The notes under the pieces: generated by a model
Told to the model about the DNA's origin: nothing
The model's input: the letters and a program-made list of their open reading frames with translations, nothing else
The model's database searches: none
Program-made: the position numbers and the translations under genes
Shown here: positions 7,508 to 16,606 of the stretch, one piece after another
Numbering within the stretch: position 1 is the stretch's first letter
Layout of the letters: each line of letters starts with the position of its first letter
Origin: Candidatus Cryosericum sp.
Lineage (GTDB): Bacteria; Caldisericota; Caldisericia; Cryosericales; Cryosericaceae
Assembly: GCA_049699855.1 (NCBI GenBank)
Contig: JBNAWM010000006.1
Location: forward strand, 1-30,659
Reading direction: 5' to 3'
DNA: 30,659 nt

Positions 7508-10500
7508 ATGAGGGGAAACGGGCGTCAAAGGGCTTTCTGGAACACGGGTCTCATTGTTCTTCTTATTGCCGCGCTGGCAGGAGGGGTTGTGATGCCACTG
7601 CGCAGGGCAGTGGCGTCGGAGGGCGGGACGGTGTGGAACATCGTGGAACAGGGCAGTCAAAACGTCTCTTATACGAGTGCGGCAACCGATGGGAAGCTGG
7701 TTGTCATCGTGGGTACCAAGGGAGCGGTGGTCCGGTCGACAGACCTGGCGCACTGGGACCCGGTCAATTGTTTCACCGGCAGTGACCTGTACGGCATCTG
7801 CCGGGGCAACGGCACCTATGTCGCCGTTGGCGACGAGGGAACCTTGTTCACGTCGACGGATGCCTCTTCATGGACAGGACACGACGTACCGGGAGACATC
7901 AGCCTTGCCTCCGTTGCTTTTGGCAACGGCGTGTATGTTGCTGTTGGCGTCAACGGGGGGATCGTTGCTTCCGACGACGCAGCCCTCTGGACGTCCGTGA
8001 CCACGCCAGTCGGCACAAATCTGTACGATGTGGTCTTTGGTGGAGGGCGATTTGTCGCCGTGGGCGAAAACGGCACCATCATCAGTTCGACGGATGGTCG
8101 CACGTGGACTGACCACACGGTGGCTGCCGAGACCGACTTGTATGGCGTGGCATGGGGAAACAACATCTATGTGGCCGCGGGTGAAGCCTCGGTGATCCTC
8201 ACCTCGCCCGATGGCGTCACATGGACGCGCCGGGTTGCTGCCTATGAGGATTTGACCTTTGCCGCTGTAACGTTCGCAGGCAATGCGTTTGTCCTGGCAG
8301 CCGACCATGACGCTATCCACGAGCTGGGGACGGTCCCCACCCGATGGGCCGTCTTCTACTTCCGCTCCACCGACGGGTTGTCCTGGCAAAACATGAAGTG
8401 GCAGGAGTCGTACGTCTGGCAGCGTTCCAACTGGGTACGCCGCATGGTGTGGACAGGAACCCAGCTGGTTTCGTTTGGCGATGGGGGTTCCGTGCAGACG
8501 TCACCGGACGGCATGCGCTGGACGTATCGCACGTCTACAGGGGCTGCGATCATTGCCGGCATGGCAAGTGGGGGCGGAATCTACGTGGGCGTCGGGACCG
8601 AGGCCAACTTCAACGGGGCTGTGTACAGCTCCCGCGACGGCCTGAGCTGGCAGCACGAGATCAATCCGCAGGTGCCTCGCGTCAACGAGAATTATGACCA
8701 GTGGCAGGATGACCTGTATGGAGTCGCCTATGGAGATGGCGCGTTTGTGGCGGTCGGCAGCTACGGCGTCATCCTGCGCTCGGCGGACGGCCATGCCTGG
8801 ACGGTCGAGCAGAGCGGCACCCAGGAGTCCTTGCTGTCAATCGCGCGGATAGGAGACCTGTTTGTGGCGGTCGGCTACAACGGGACCGTGCTCACCTCGC
8901 CGGATGGTCATACATGGACGTCCCGCATGGTGGCACAGCCCAATCTGCTCTTCTGGAGTATGGCGGCCGGGCGTGATTCGCTGCTCATCATGGGTGCCGA
9001 CGTTGGAAGGAAGGATTCGGGAACAGTCGTGATGTCTCTGCCCGTTTCCAGTCTGCGCGGCACTGCCACGATCGCAGCCGGTCCGCTGATCCCCATCGGC
9101 GGTTCCCGTGCAAAGACGTGGATGGCCCAGGTGGCGTACGGCAACGACCGCTTTGTCGCTGTTGCCGACGATTCGGGTGCGAGTTGGTACTCGGATGACG
9201 GCGTGCGGTGGCAGGCCGCTTCCCCCGCGTTCATGGCGATTCAGAGGTCTGTGACGTTTGTGCAGGGGGTGTTTGTCTGCGTTGGGGACAACCAGTCGAT
9301 TGCGACTTCGCCAGACGGCGTTGCATGGACCAGCCGCCAGTCCGGATATGCTGCATTCAGCAGGGTTCTGCGTGAAGATTACCTGTGCACGTTCGGTGAT
9401 GCCCAGCACGTGTTTGCCACATCATCCTGGGGGACTGTCGCCATATCGGATGATGGGGGAGCCGCCTGGTCCGACAGTGCCCGTGAAAGCGCTCAGGATC
9501 TGTCGCTGACGGCGGTTGCCGACACGCCTGGCGCACTTGTGGCCGTGGGCGAGTTGGGAACGGTGCGCACCTCGCTGGATGGGGTATCGTGGCGTACACG
9601 GGCAACCGGCGCATCGGGCTGGCTGTGGGACGTGGCAGCGACCCCAGCGGGTACCGTGGCGGTAGGTGAATCTGGGCTGGTGGCTCGGTCCTCCGACCTC
9701 ACGACGTGGACTCTGTCCGACGCCGTAACAGACCAGACGCTCACAAGTGTCGCTGCAGGGGGAGGCCATCTTGTGGCCGTCGGAGATGGCGGCACCGTGA
9801 TCAGGTCGGATGACGGCCGAAACTGGGCCCTGCAGGAAACCGGGTTCTCGGCGGACATGATTGCCGTGACCTATGGGGCCGCGAAGTTTGTGGCGGTCGG
9901 TCAAGGCGGGATGATCGCCACGTCGACTGATGGCAGTTCCTGGAAGCAGGTGACAAGCGGCGTTGCGGCAGACCTCAACGATGTTCTCTTCAGTGACAAT
10001 CGCTTCGTGGTGGTGGGCAGCGGAGGCACTGTGCTGACTTCCACCGATGCCGTGACCTGGACGCGCCAGACCGCCGGAACGACTGCCAGCTTGTTTGGGG
10101 TTGCTTCTGGCGGCGGTGTCCTGCTGGCGGTGGGCGATCGGGGAACGGCACTGGTTTCGGCGGACGCTCTCCATTGGACGAGTGTCCCTGCACCGACCAA
10201 GGAGACGCTGTACGGATGCGCTGCGCGTTCCGGGATCTTCGTCGCGGTAGGCACCGGCAGCACGGTGCTGTGGACCTCGAGCCTGGCTGGCCCATCCACT
10301 CCCGTTCCGGTTCGGCCTCTTTCGGGCGCGAGCGTGGATTCAGGATCGGTCGAGCTTTCCTGGTCGCCCGCTGCTGGAGCCGTATCCTATGACGTTCAGA
10401 CTTCGAGCGCGGTGAACTTTGCAAAGACGCTGGCGGACAAGCATGGCGTTGCCGGAACATCCATCCTGGTTGCAGGCGGCGAGGTCGCTGCCAGCGGGAC

Positions 10501-10993
10501 CACCTACTGGAGGGTTCGGAGTATGGCGGGGTCGTTGAGTTCGGCCTGGTCGCCTGTGGAATCCTTCACGGTCAAGGCGGCGCCTGCTCAGCCACAGCAG
10601 ACGGTGCTGGTTCTGCACGTTGGAGACACTCGGATGACGGTCGATGGGGTGGCGGTGACCATCGATGTTGCGCCGCAGATTGTCGAGGGACGAACACTCC
10701 TGCCGATCAAGTGGGTCGCCGAGCCGCTGGGAGCGGCGGTGGGCTGGGACGCCGCAGCGCGGAAGGTCACGGTATCTCTGGGCGGCACAACGATCGAACT
10801 CTGGATTGGCAAGAGCCAGGCTCGCGTGAATGGCAGGACGGTCATGATCGACTCACAGAACCCCAAGGTGACTCCGCTCATTGTGAGTGGCCGCACCATG
10901 CTCCCTGTCCGCTTCATTGCTGAACAGCTGGGCGCGGACGTGCAGTGGAATGGCACGACGAGGACAGCCACGATCACCTATCAACAACCGTAG
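7508..10993 (+). CDS. Large secreted BNR/YCF48-like multi-beta-propeller protein with an FnIII-like domain and a C-terminal copper amine oxidase N-terminal (stalk) domain
   Basis: Signal peptide; about 20 repeats of (L)xxVAxGxGxFVAVGxxGxxxxSxDGxxW; FnIII-like LSWSPAAGAVSYDVQ...TYWRVRS; stalk domain APQIVEGRTLLPIKWVAEPLGAAVGWD and GRTMLPVRFIAEQLGADVQW. SD GGAGGGG. Confidence 0.88.
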   Translation: MRGNGRQRAFWNTGLIVLLIAALAGGVVMPLRRAVASEGGTVWNIVEQGSQNVSYTSAATDGKLVVIVGTKGAVVRSTDLAHWDPVNCFTGSDLYGICRGNGTYVAVGDEGTLFTSTDASSWTGHDVPGDISLASVAFGNGVYVAVGVNGGIVASDDAALWTSVTTPVGTNLYDVVFGGGRFVAVGENGTIISSTDGRTWTDHTVAAETDLYGVAWGNNIYVAAGEASVILTSPDGVTWTRRVAAYEDLTFAAVTFAGNAFVLAADHDAIHELGTVPTRWAVFYFRSTDGLSWQNMKWQESYVWQRSNWVRRMVWTGTQLVSFGDGGSVQTSPDGMRWTYRTSTGAAIIAGMASGGGIYVGVGTEANFNGAVYSSRDGLSWQHEINPQVPRVNENYDQWQDDLYGVAYGDGAFVAVGSYGVILRSADGHAWTVEQSGTQESLLSIARIGDLFVAVGYNGTVLTSPDGHTWTSRMVAQPNLLFWSMAAGRDSLLIMGADVGRKDSGTVVMSLPVSSLRGTATIAAGPLIPIGGSRAKTWMAQVAYGNDRFVAVADDSGASWYSDDGVRWQAASPAFMAIQRSVTFVQGVFVCVGDNQSIATSPDGVAWTSRQSGYAAFSRVLREDYLCTFGDAQHVFATSSWGTVAISDDGGAAWSDSARESAQDLSLTAVADTPGALVAVGELGTVRTSLDGVSWRTRATGASGWLWDVAATPAGTVAVGESGLVARSSDLTTWTLSDAVTDQTLTSVAAGGGHLVAVGDGGTVIRSDDGRNWALQETGFSADMIAVTYGAAKFVAVGQGGMIATSTDGSSWKQVTSGVAADLNDVLFSDNRFVVVGSGGTVLTSTDAVTWTRQTAGTTASLFGVASGGGVLLAVGDRGTALVSADALHWTSVPAPTKETLYGCAARSGIFVAVGTGSTVLWTSSLAGPSTPVPVRPLSGASVDSGSVELSWSPAAGAVSYDVQTSSAVNFAKTLADKHGVAGTSILVAGGEVAASGTTYWRVRSMAGSLSSAWSPVESFTVKAAPAQPQQTVLVLHVGDTRMTVDGVAVTIDVAPQIVEGRTLLPIKWVAEPLGAAVGWDAAARKVTVSLGGTTIELWIGKSQARVNGRTVMIDSQNPKVTPLIVSGRTMLPVRFIAEQLGADVQWNGTTRTATITYQQP

Positions 10994-11077
10994 GACGAGA
11001 AACAGGCACCGAGCAGGTCTGTGAAGCCGCTCCAGGACAGCACAATCAGCCTTTGTTGCTGTGTTCACAGACCTACC

Positions 11078-11106
11078 TGTACGAAAGCGGGGCATACCGC
11101 GTACTA
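11078..11106 (+). promoter_or_regulatory. Candidate alternative-sigma (ECF-like) promoter TGTACG-N17-GTACTA
   Basis: The same motif with the same spacing recurs at 22240-22268, in both cases about 60 nt before the start codon. Confidence 0.5.
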
Positions 11107-11167
11107 GAGGTGGCAGCATCCATGGGTGCCGCACTTCGGGGGTGACCTCGTAAGAAGGGAGAACACA

Positions 11168-12313
11168 ATGAGGAAAACGTTGAGCAAGGTTGTCCTGGCA
11201 GTACTCCTGGCCGGACTCCTTACGGGCGGTATCGCCATAGCTTCGGCGGCGACCAAGGTTCGCACGGTGACGACGCCGCAGGGAACGACCGTGGATGTCA
11301 TCTCGGTCACGGGAACGGTGACTGAGGTCACGGCTCCATCCACCACAGCCGCTGGCAGCGGATTCATGGGTATGTTCCGGCACCAGAGGAACGGATATGC
11401 AACAATCAAAGACACCACGGACGGAACGGTCTACAGGCTTGAACTGGCCCCCGTCGCGACCGCTAACCTGAGCATGAAGGCAGGAGACACGGTCACGGTC
11501 GAGGGTACGATGGACACGCGAAACGGCGTGAATGAACTGCATGTCTGGACCTTTACGGGTGCAGATGGCAAGACGGTTACGCTGTGCAACGCCGATGGAA
11601 CGCCCAACATCCAGACGGTGAGCGTTGCGGGCACGGTCACCGAGGTCAATGTGGCTGCCGCAACGGGCACGACGAAGTGGGCCCCCAGGACCATGAGCAC
11701 CATTAAGGTCAAACAGGCGGACAACAGTGTTGTGACCGTCGTCCTTGGACGCGATGCAAACATGGTCACCGTGAAGGTGGGCGACACCATCAAGGTGGAA
11801 GGTTTCAAGACACCAATGGATGCGAACACCGTCATGGTCACCAGCTTTACGGGCGCCGACGGCAAGACGGTCACGCTCCGTGGCCTTGACGAGAAGGGCG
11901 GACCGCGTGGAGCCCTGCAAGGTGAGGCTGTCACGGTATCAGGCACGGTCACCGAGGTCAATGTGGCTGCCGCAACGGGCACGACGAAGTGGGCGCCAAG
12001 GACCATGAACACCATTAAGGTCAAACAGGCGGACAACAGTGTTGTGACCGTCGTCCTTGGACGCGATGCAAACATGGTCACCGTGAAGGTCGGCGACAGC
12101 GTCAAGGTCGAAGGTTTCAAGACACCAATGGATGCGGACACCGTCATGGCGACCAGCTTTACGGGCGCCGACGGCAAGACGGTCACGCTGAACGGCAGGG
12201 GCTTTGGCGGCCGTGGCGGTCGTGCCGAAGGACCGGGAATGGGCCGTGGGTTCCGCAGGGGAAGCACGGATTCAGGATCCACATCAACTGCTCCTGCGCC
12301 CTCTGGTGCGTAA
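11168..12313 (+). CDS. Secreted protein with three tandem OB-fold-like (DUF5666-like) repeats and a Gly/Arg-rich tail
   Basis: SD AAGGGAG before ATG 11168; signal peptide MRKTLSKVVLAVLLAGLLTGGIAIASA; repeats V(S/A/T)GTVTEV...K(V/A)GD(T/S)(V/I)xVEG...FTGADGKTVTL; tail GRGFGGRGGRAEGPGMGRGFRRG. Confidence 0.8.
   Translation: MRKTLSKVVLAVLLAGLLTGGIAIASAATKVRTVTTPQGTTVDVISVTGTVTEVTAPSTTAAGSGFMGMFRHQRNGYATIKDTTDGTVYRLELAPVATANLSMKAGDTVTVEGTMDTRNGVNELHVWTFTGADGKTVTLCNADGTPNIQTVSVAGTVTEVNVAAATGTTKWAPRTMSTIKVKQADNSVVTVVLGRDANMVTVKVGDTIKVEGFKTPMDANTVMVTSFTGADGKTVTLRGLDEKGGPRGALQGEAVTVSGTVTEVNVAAATGTTKWAPRTMNTIKVKQADNSVVTVVLGRDANMVTVKVGDSVKVEGFKTPMDADTVMATSFTGADGKTVTLNGRGFGGRGGRAEGPGMGRGFRRGSTDSGSTSTAPAPSGA
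11630..12189 (+). repeat. Intragenic direct repeat, two copies of 248 bp (11630-11877 and 11942-12189)
   Basis: Offset is 312 bp (104 codons), with about 10 mismatches by manual comparison. Confidence 0.92.
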
Positions 12314-12339
12314 CGCATAACCCGCTCAAGTATCTCACA

Positions 12340-12363
12340 CAGCCCCCGCTTTGGCGGGGGCTG
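12340..12363 (+). terminator. GC-rich hairpin after the OB-fold gene; possible terminator, no U-tract
   Basis: CAGCCCCCGC-TTTG-GCGGGGGCTG forms a 10-bp stem. Confidence 0.5.
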
Positions 12364-12480
12364 AACGCATTATGGTCTGTCACATCGGCACGGAATAGGA
12401 TATAATACCCCTGTACAAACGGCTGCTCGTTGCCGTCCAGCTTATTCCGAAGCAGAGAAATCGCTGTACAGGGGGTTCAC

Positions 12481-13947
12481 GTGTCCAACAAGTTCAGCAT
12501 GAACGTTGGTGGCAGGTCCATCGATGTCGAGATCGAGGAAATCGGCGTGGAGAGCAGGCCGACTGCCGCGCTGGCAGGCTCCGGCATGGCGCCTGCCCAC
12601 AAGGTTGGCATTATGGAAACGGTCCTGCGCGACGCCCAGCAGTCGCTGATTGCCACGCGGATGAGCACCAGGGAGATGGAGCCCGCGTTCGAGGCGATCG
12701 ATGCGATCGGATACCATTCCATCGAGATGTGGGGAGGGGCGACGTTCGACTCCTGCCTGCGCTTCCTCCACGAAGACCCATGGGAGCGCCTGCGTACCAT
12801 CCGCCGCGCCATGAAGCATACCAAACTGCAGATGCTGCTGCGGGGGCAGAATGTGCTTGGCTACAAGAACTATGCGGACGACGTCGTAGACGCCTTTGTC
12901 GAACGGTCGCTGGCGAACGGCATTGACATCATCCGCGTCTTTGATGCGCTGAACGACATGCGCAACGTCGAGCGCGCCATCCGCACGACCAAGAAGCTGG
13001 GGGGGATCGCCCAGGGATGCATCGTCTACACCATTGCTCCCACCTACACGGTCGAGAAGTACGTGGGCATCGCACGGGAGCTGGAGCAGATGGGAGTCGA
13101 CAGCCTTGCCATCAAGGACATGGCGGGCTTGCTCACACCCTATGCCACCTATGAATTGGTCGCGGCCCTCAAGAAAGTGACCAGCCTTCCTATTCAGATC
13201 CACAGCCACTATACGACCGGCCTCGCGGGACAGTCCTACCTCAAGGGGATCGAGGCGGGTGCAGACGTCATCGATTGTGCCATCTCACCATTCGCGCTGG
13301 CGACGTCCCAGCCCTGCACGGAGACGATGGTGGCTGCCCTCAAGGGCACGCCGTACGATACGGGCATCGATCTAGAAGCGTTGAATACGGTGGCTCAGTT
13401 CTTTATGCCGGTCCGGGAGAAGGCGCTGGAGTCGGGTGTCCTGGATGCCAGGGTGATGGGCGTTGACGTGAACGCGCTGATCTACCAGCTGCCGGGTGGC
13501 ATGATCTCCAACATGGTCAGCCAGCTCAAGCAGGCAGACATGCTGGACCGGTATCAGGAGGTGCTGCAGGAAGTGCCCAGGGTGCGTGCTGACCTGGGCT
13601 ACCCGCCCCTTGTGACGCCCACGTCGCAGATTGTTGGAACGCAGGCGGTGTTTAATGTGATGATGGGCCGCTACGTCCAGTGTACCAAGGAGACCAAGGC
13701 CCTGGTGAGGGGCGAGTACGGCCGGGCATCGGTTCCCATCTCGGAGGAGATCAAACAACTGATCATCGGTGACGAACCGACCATCGACTGCCGTCCCGCG
13801 GACCTGATCGAACCCCAGATGGCCAAGTTCCGGGAGGAGATCAAGGAGTATGTTCAGCAGGAGGAGGACGTCCTGTCGTATGCCATCTTCCCACAGGTCG
13901 CACTCGACTTCTTCAAGTGGCGCAAGGAGCAGCAGAACAAGGCATGA
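12481..13947 (+). CDS. oadA: Oxaloacetate decarboxylase alpha / pyruvate carboxylase subunit B-like carboxyltransferase without a biotinyl domain
   Basis: LRDAQQSL, WGGATFD, DPWERL, LLRGQN, IKDMAG, HSH, QLPGGM and PLVTPTSQIVG. No C-terminal EAMKM motif. GTG 12481 follows AGGGGG, and TATAAT lies at 12401-12406. Confidence 0.88.
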   Translation: MSNKFSMNVGGRSIDVEIEEIGVESRPTAALAGSGMAPAHKVGIMETVLRDAQQSLIATRMSTREMEPAFEAIDAIGYHSIEMWGGATFDSCLRFLHEDPWERLRTIRRAMKHTKLQMLLRGQNVLGYKNYADDVVDAFVERSLANGIDIIRVFDALNDMRNVERAIRTTKKLGGIAQGCIVYTIAPTYTVEKYVGIARELEQMGVDSLAIKDMAGLLTPYATYELVAALKKVTSLPIQIHSHYTTGLAGQSYLKGIEAGADVIDCAISPFALATSQPCTETMVAALKGTPYDTGIDLEALNTVAQFFMPVREKALESGVLDARVMGVDVNALIYQLPGGMISNMVSQLKQADMLDRYQEVLQEVPRVRADLGYPPLVTPTSQIVGTQAVFNVMMGRYVQCTKETKALVRGEYGRASVPISEEIKQLIIGDEPTIDCRPADLIEPQMAKFREEIKEYVQQEEDVLSYAIFPQVALDFFKWRKEQQNKA

Positions 13948-14118
13948 CGGCGTACTGCACGGCCGACTGGACAGTGGGCAGGGTTTCACGTGGCAGAACG
14001 TTCACAGTTGGCGGTTGGCGCTCTCCGCTGTCGGACGCTCCCTGCACACTCTCCCGGCGGGTCTGCGAAGCCACGATGGGGATACCCTGCGCAGGGTAGA
14101 CGGCCCCTTGAGCGTTAC

Positions 14119-14146
14119 TTGACAAAGATTGGCATTAGTGTAATGT
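14119..14146 (+). promoter_or_regulatory. Sigma70-type promoter of the peptide ABC operon
   Basis: TTGACA 14119-14124, 16-bp spacer, TAATGT 14141-14146. This implies a leader of about 200 nt. Confidence 0.55.
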
Positions 14147-14355
14147 TGAACTACGCGTTCACGTTCTTTTTTGGTGGCAGTGGCGCGTACTCTGTGAGAG
14201 GAGTTGGAAACGCATCTTTACGAGCTGGGGACTGTGATTGAGGTGAGATTCTCATGACTGTCATATCTGCCAGTACGGAAGGAGGTGTTAGCAAGCGCCG
14301 CTGTACATCAGGTGAAGTCGTTTCTGCAACTATTCTGTAAAGGGAGGAGAAATAC

Positions 14356-16551
14356 ATGAGGAGATTCCTGTCTGTTGTTCTTGCAGTTGTTCTCGTGCTT
14401 GCAGTCTGCTCACCAGTGCTGACTGCGCGCGCCGCCGGCTTCAAGGACGTCGCCGCGTCGTACTGGGCCTATGACCAGATCACTGCTCTGGCCGCTAAGA
14501 AGATCGTCGCCGGGTATGCCGATGGCACGTTCAAGCCAGAGGGCAAAGTCACCCGCGAAGAGTTTGCCAAGATGGTCGTGCTGGCCAAGGGCCTTGCCCT
14601 GGTAACGCCTGCCACGCCCACCTTCAGCGATGTTCCATCGTCCCGCTGGTCCTACGGCTACGTTGAGGCAGCTGCCAAGGCCGGGTACATCAACGGCATC
14701 GGCGGTGGCAAGTTTGGCCCCGCAGCCGAGATCAAGCGTCAGGACATGGCAGTCCTGCTGGTCCGCGTCGTTGGACAGCAGAGTGCCGCCAGCGCCATCA
14801 AAGAACCCATCACCATGTCGAACGATGAGTCATCGATCAGCTCGTATGCGATCGGTGCCATGACGATCGCGGTTCGCCCGCGCGTCCAGTTCCTGACCTG
14901 GGACAAGTTCCGCAACCTCAACCCGACCGCGTCCGCCACTCGTGGAGACTGTGCCTATGCCATCTACAATGCGATGACGCCTCCAGGCTCCGGCAAGACG
15001 TCCATCACGGTCGCCGAGGAGAATGCGCCCGAGAACCTGTTCCCGCTTATTTCTGATTCCGCTTATACGCTCAAGGCCGTAACATTCCTGGCCAGCGGCA
15101 TGATTGGGATGACCCCCTACGGCATCATCTACCCCGAAATGGCAAAGTATGTTCCGACGCTTGCGAACGGACACCTCATCCGCAATGCCGACGGCACGGT
15201 CATTTCCGACATGGAGCTGCGCAAGGGTCTGACGTGGTCTGACGGCCAGCCGGTCACCATCGATGACTACATCTTCTCACACAAGCTGTACATGAGCGAC
15301 GACATCCAGGTCGTTTCCCGTTCGCCCATGGACCTTGTCACCAACATCCAGAAGATCAACGACTACAAGTGCCGCATCACCTGGAAGAGCTGGGACGCCT
15401 ACATCCCGACCGGTTGGAGCATCTACCCGCAGCACATCCTGGGACCGCAGTTCACCAAGGATCCCAAGAGCATCAACACTTCCGATTTCAACACCAACCC
15501 CGTGTACTGTGGTCCGTATGTGATCAAGACCAACGTGCAGGGCCAGTACATCACGTACGCCGCCAACAAGAACTGGTTCGGCGGTCAACCCGTGATGGAT
15601 ACTATCACCGAGCGGTTCATCGATGATACCAACACGCTGTTGATCAACATGCTGACCGGCACCATCGACGTTTCCTCCGAGTCTCTGCCCCTTGACCTTG
15701 CCAAGCAGTTCGAAGCAAAGATGGGCAACAACTTCAACGTCTACTACAACAAGGGAACGACCTCGGGCATCATGCAGTGGAACACCTCCTCGCCGTGGTT
15801 CTCGGACAAGCGCGTCCGTCAGGCCTTCTACTATGGCATTGACCGCGCACTGATCACCCAGAAAGCCATGGTTGGCAACGACCCCGTCCTCTCGCCGATT
15901 TCGTCCGGCTCTGCATACTTCAAGCCGGTCCTTGCAAAGTACAACTATGATCCGGACAAGGCCAATGCCCTCCTGGATGCCGCCGGTTGGAAGTGGAATG
16001 CTGCTCATACGCAGCGCACGCTTCCCAATGGCACGCCAGCTGTTCTCAAGGTCCCATATTCGGCAGGTGCCGCCTTCCGTATCCGCGAGGTCACGCTGAT
16101 GCAGCCCATGCTTGCCAAGCTTGGCATCACCGTCGAGCATGCCCCCATGGACTTCAACGCTCTCCTGGACTCTGAGACCAACGGAACATTCATTGTCACC
16201 CTTCACGGCATCAGCTTTGACAACTATGATCCCTATGGTTCAGTGCTGGCCTTCCGCAGTGACCAGATTCCTACCGAGAAGAACGGTATGCAGGGCCAGA
16301 ACGTCACCCGTTACAGCAGCGCTGAGATGGACAAGTGGCTGTACGCAGCACAGAAGGCTACCACTACTGCTGCACTGAACGAGGCCTACTCGCACATCCA
16401 GGACATCTTTGCCGAAGACCTTCCCACGTTCTACATGGAGCAGCGCGTCTATCCCGACGAAGTCCGCAAGGGCCTCAAGGGTTATGACCACTTCTTCTCC
16501 GCGACCGTCTACAACAACTGGAACATTCAGTACTGGTACTGGTTCAAGTAG
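14356..16551 (+). CDS. oppA: Peptide ABC transporter substrate-binding protein (family 5, OppA/DppA) fused to N-terminal S-layer homology domains
   Basis: SD AGGGAGG; signal peptide ending ARA; SLH motifs FKDVAASYWA...GTFKPEGKVTREEFA and FSDVPSSRWS...KFGPAAEIKRQDMA; family-5 motifs LRKGLTWSDGQPVTIDD, GPYVI and DKRVRQA. Confidence 0.9.
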   Translation: MRRFLSVVLAVVLVLAVCSPVLTARAAGFKDVAASYWAYDQITALAAKKIVAGYADGTFKPEGKVTREEFAKMVVLAKGLALVTPATPTFSDVPSSRWSYGYVEAAAKAGYINGIGGGKFGPAAEIKRQDMAVLLVRVVGQQSAASAIKEPITMSNDESSISSYAIGAMTIAVRPRVQFLTWDKFRNLNPTASATRGDCAYAIYNAMTPPGSGKTSITVAEENAPENLFPLISDSAYTLKAVTFLASGMIGMTPYGIIYPEMAKYVPTLANGHLIRNADGTVISDMELRKGLTWSDGQPVTIDDYIFSHKLYMSDDIQVVSRSPMDLVTNIQKINDYKCRITWKSWDAYIPTGWSIYPQHILGPQFTKDPKSINTSDFNTNPVYCGPYVIKTNVQGQYITYAANKNWFGGQPVMDTITERFIDDTNTLLINMLTGTIDVSSESLPLDLAKQFEAKMGNNFNVYYNKGTTSGIMQWNTSSPWFSDKRVRQAFYYGIDRALITQKAMVGNDPVLSPISSGSAYFKPVLAKYNYDPDKANALLDAAGWKWNAAHTQRTLPNGTPAVLKVPYSAGAAFRIREVTLMQPMLAKLGITVEHAPMDFNALLDSETNGTFIVTLHGISFDNYDPYGSVLAFRSDQIPTEKNGMQGQNVTRYSSAEMDKWLYAAQKATTTAALNEAYSHIQDIFAEDLPTFYMEQRVYPDEVRKGLKGYDHFFSATVYNNWNIQYWYWFK

Positions 16552-16606
16552 ACCGGGCAACCAGGCTTGTCGGCTTTGCCGGGAGCCTGTTGATCTGAGT
16601 TGTCGG

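Noticed and set aside
7650..10280. Periodic repeats resembling an array
   Set aside because: They are degenerate at DNA level and in frame, so they are beta-propeller blades and not a CRISPR or other non-coding array.
12307..12320. Two in-phase heptamers TGCGTAA CGCATAA matching the ATPase-flanking arrays
   Set aside because: There are only two units and one overlaps a stop codon, so it cannot be told from chance without a genome-wide count.
14269..14290. GCCAGTACGGAAGGAGG resembling SRP RNA domain IV
   Set aside because: It lacks the CAGG...GGAA...AGCAG pairing of SRP RNA. The region is kept only as an unassigned structured leader.
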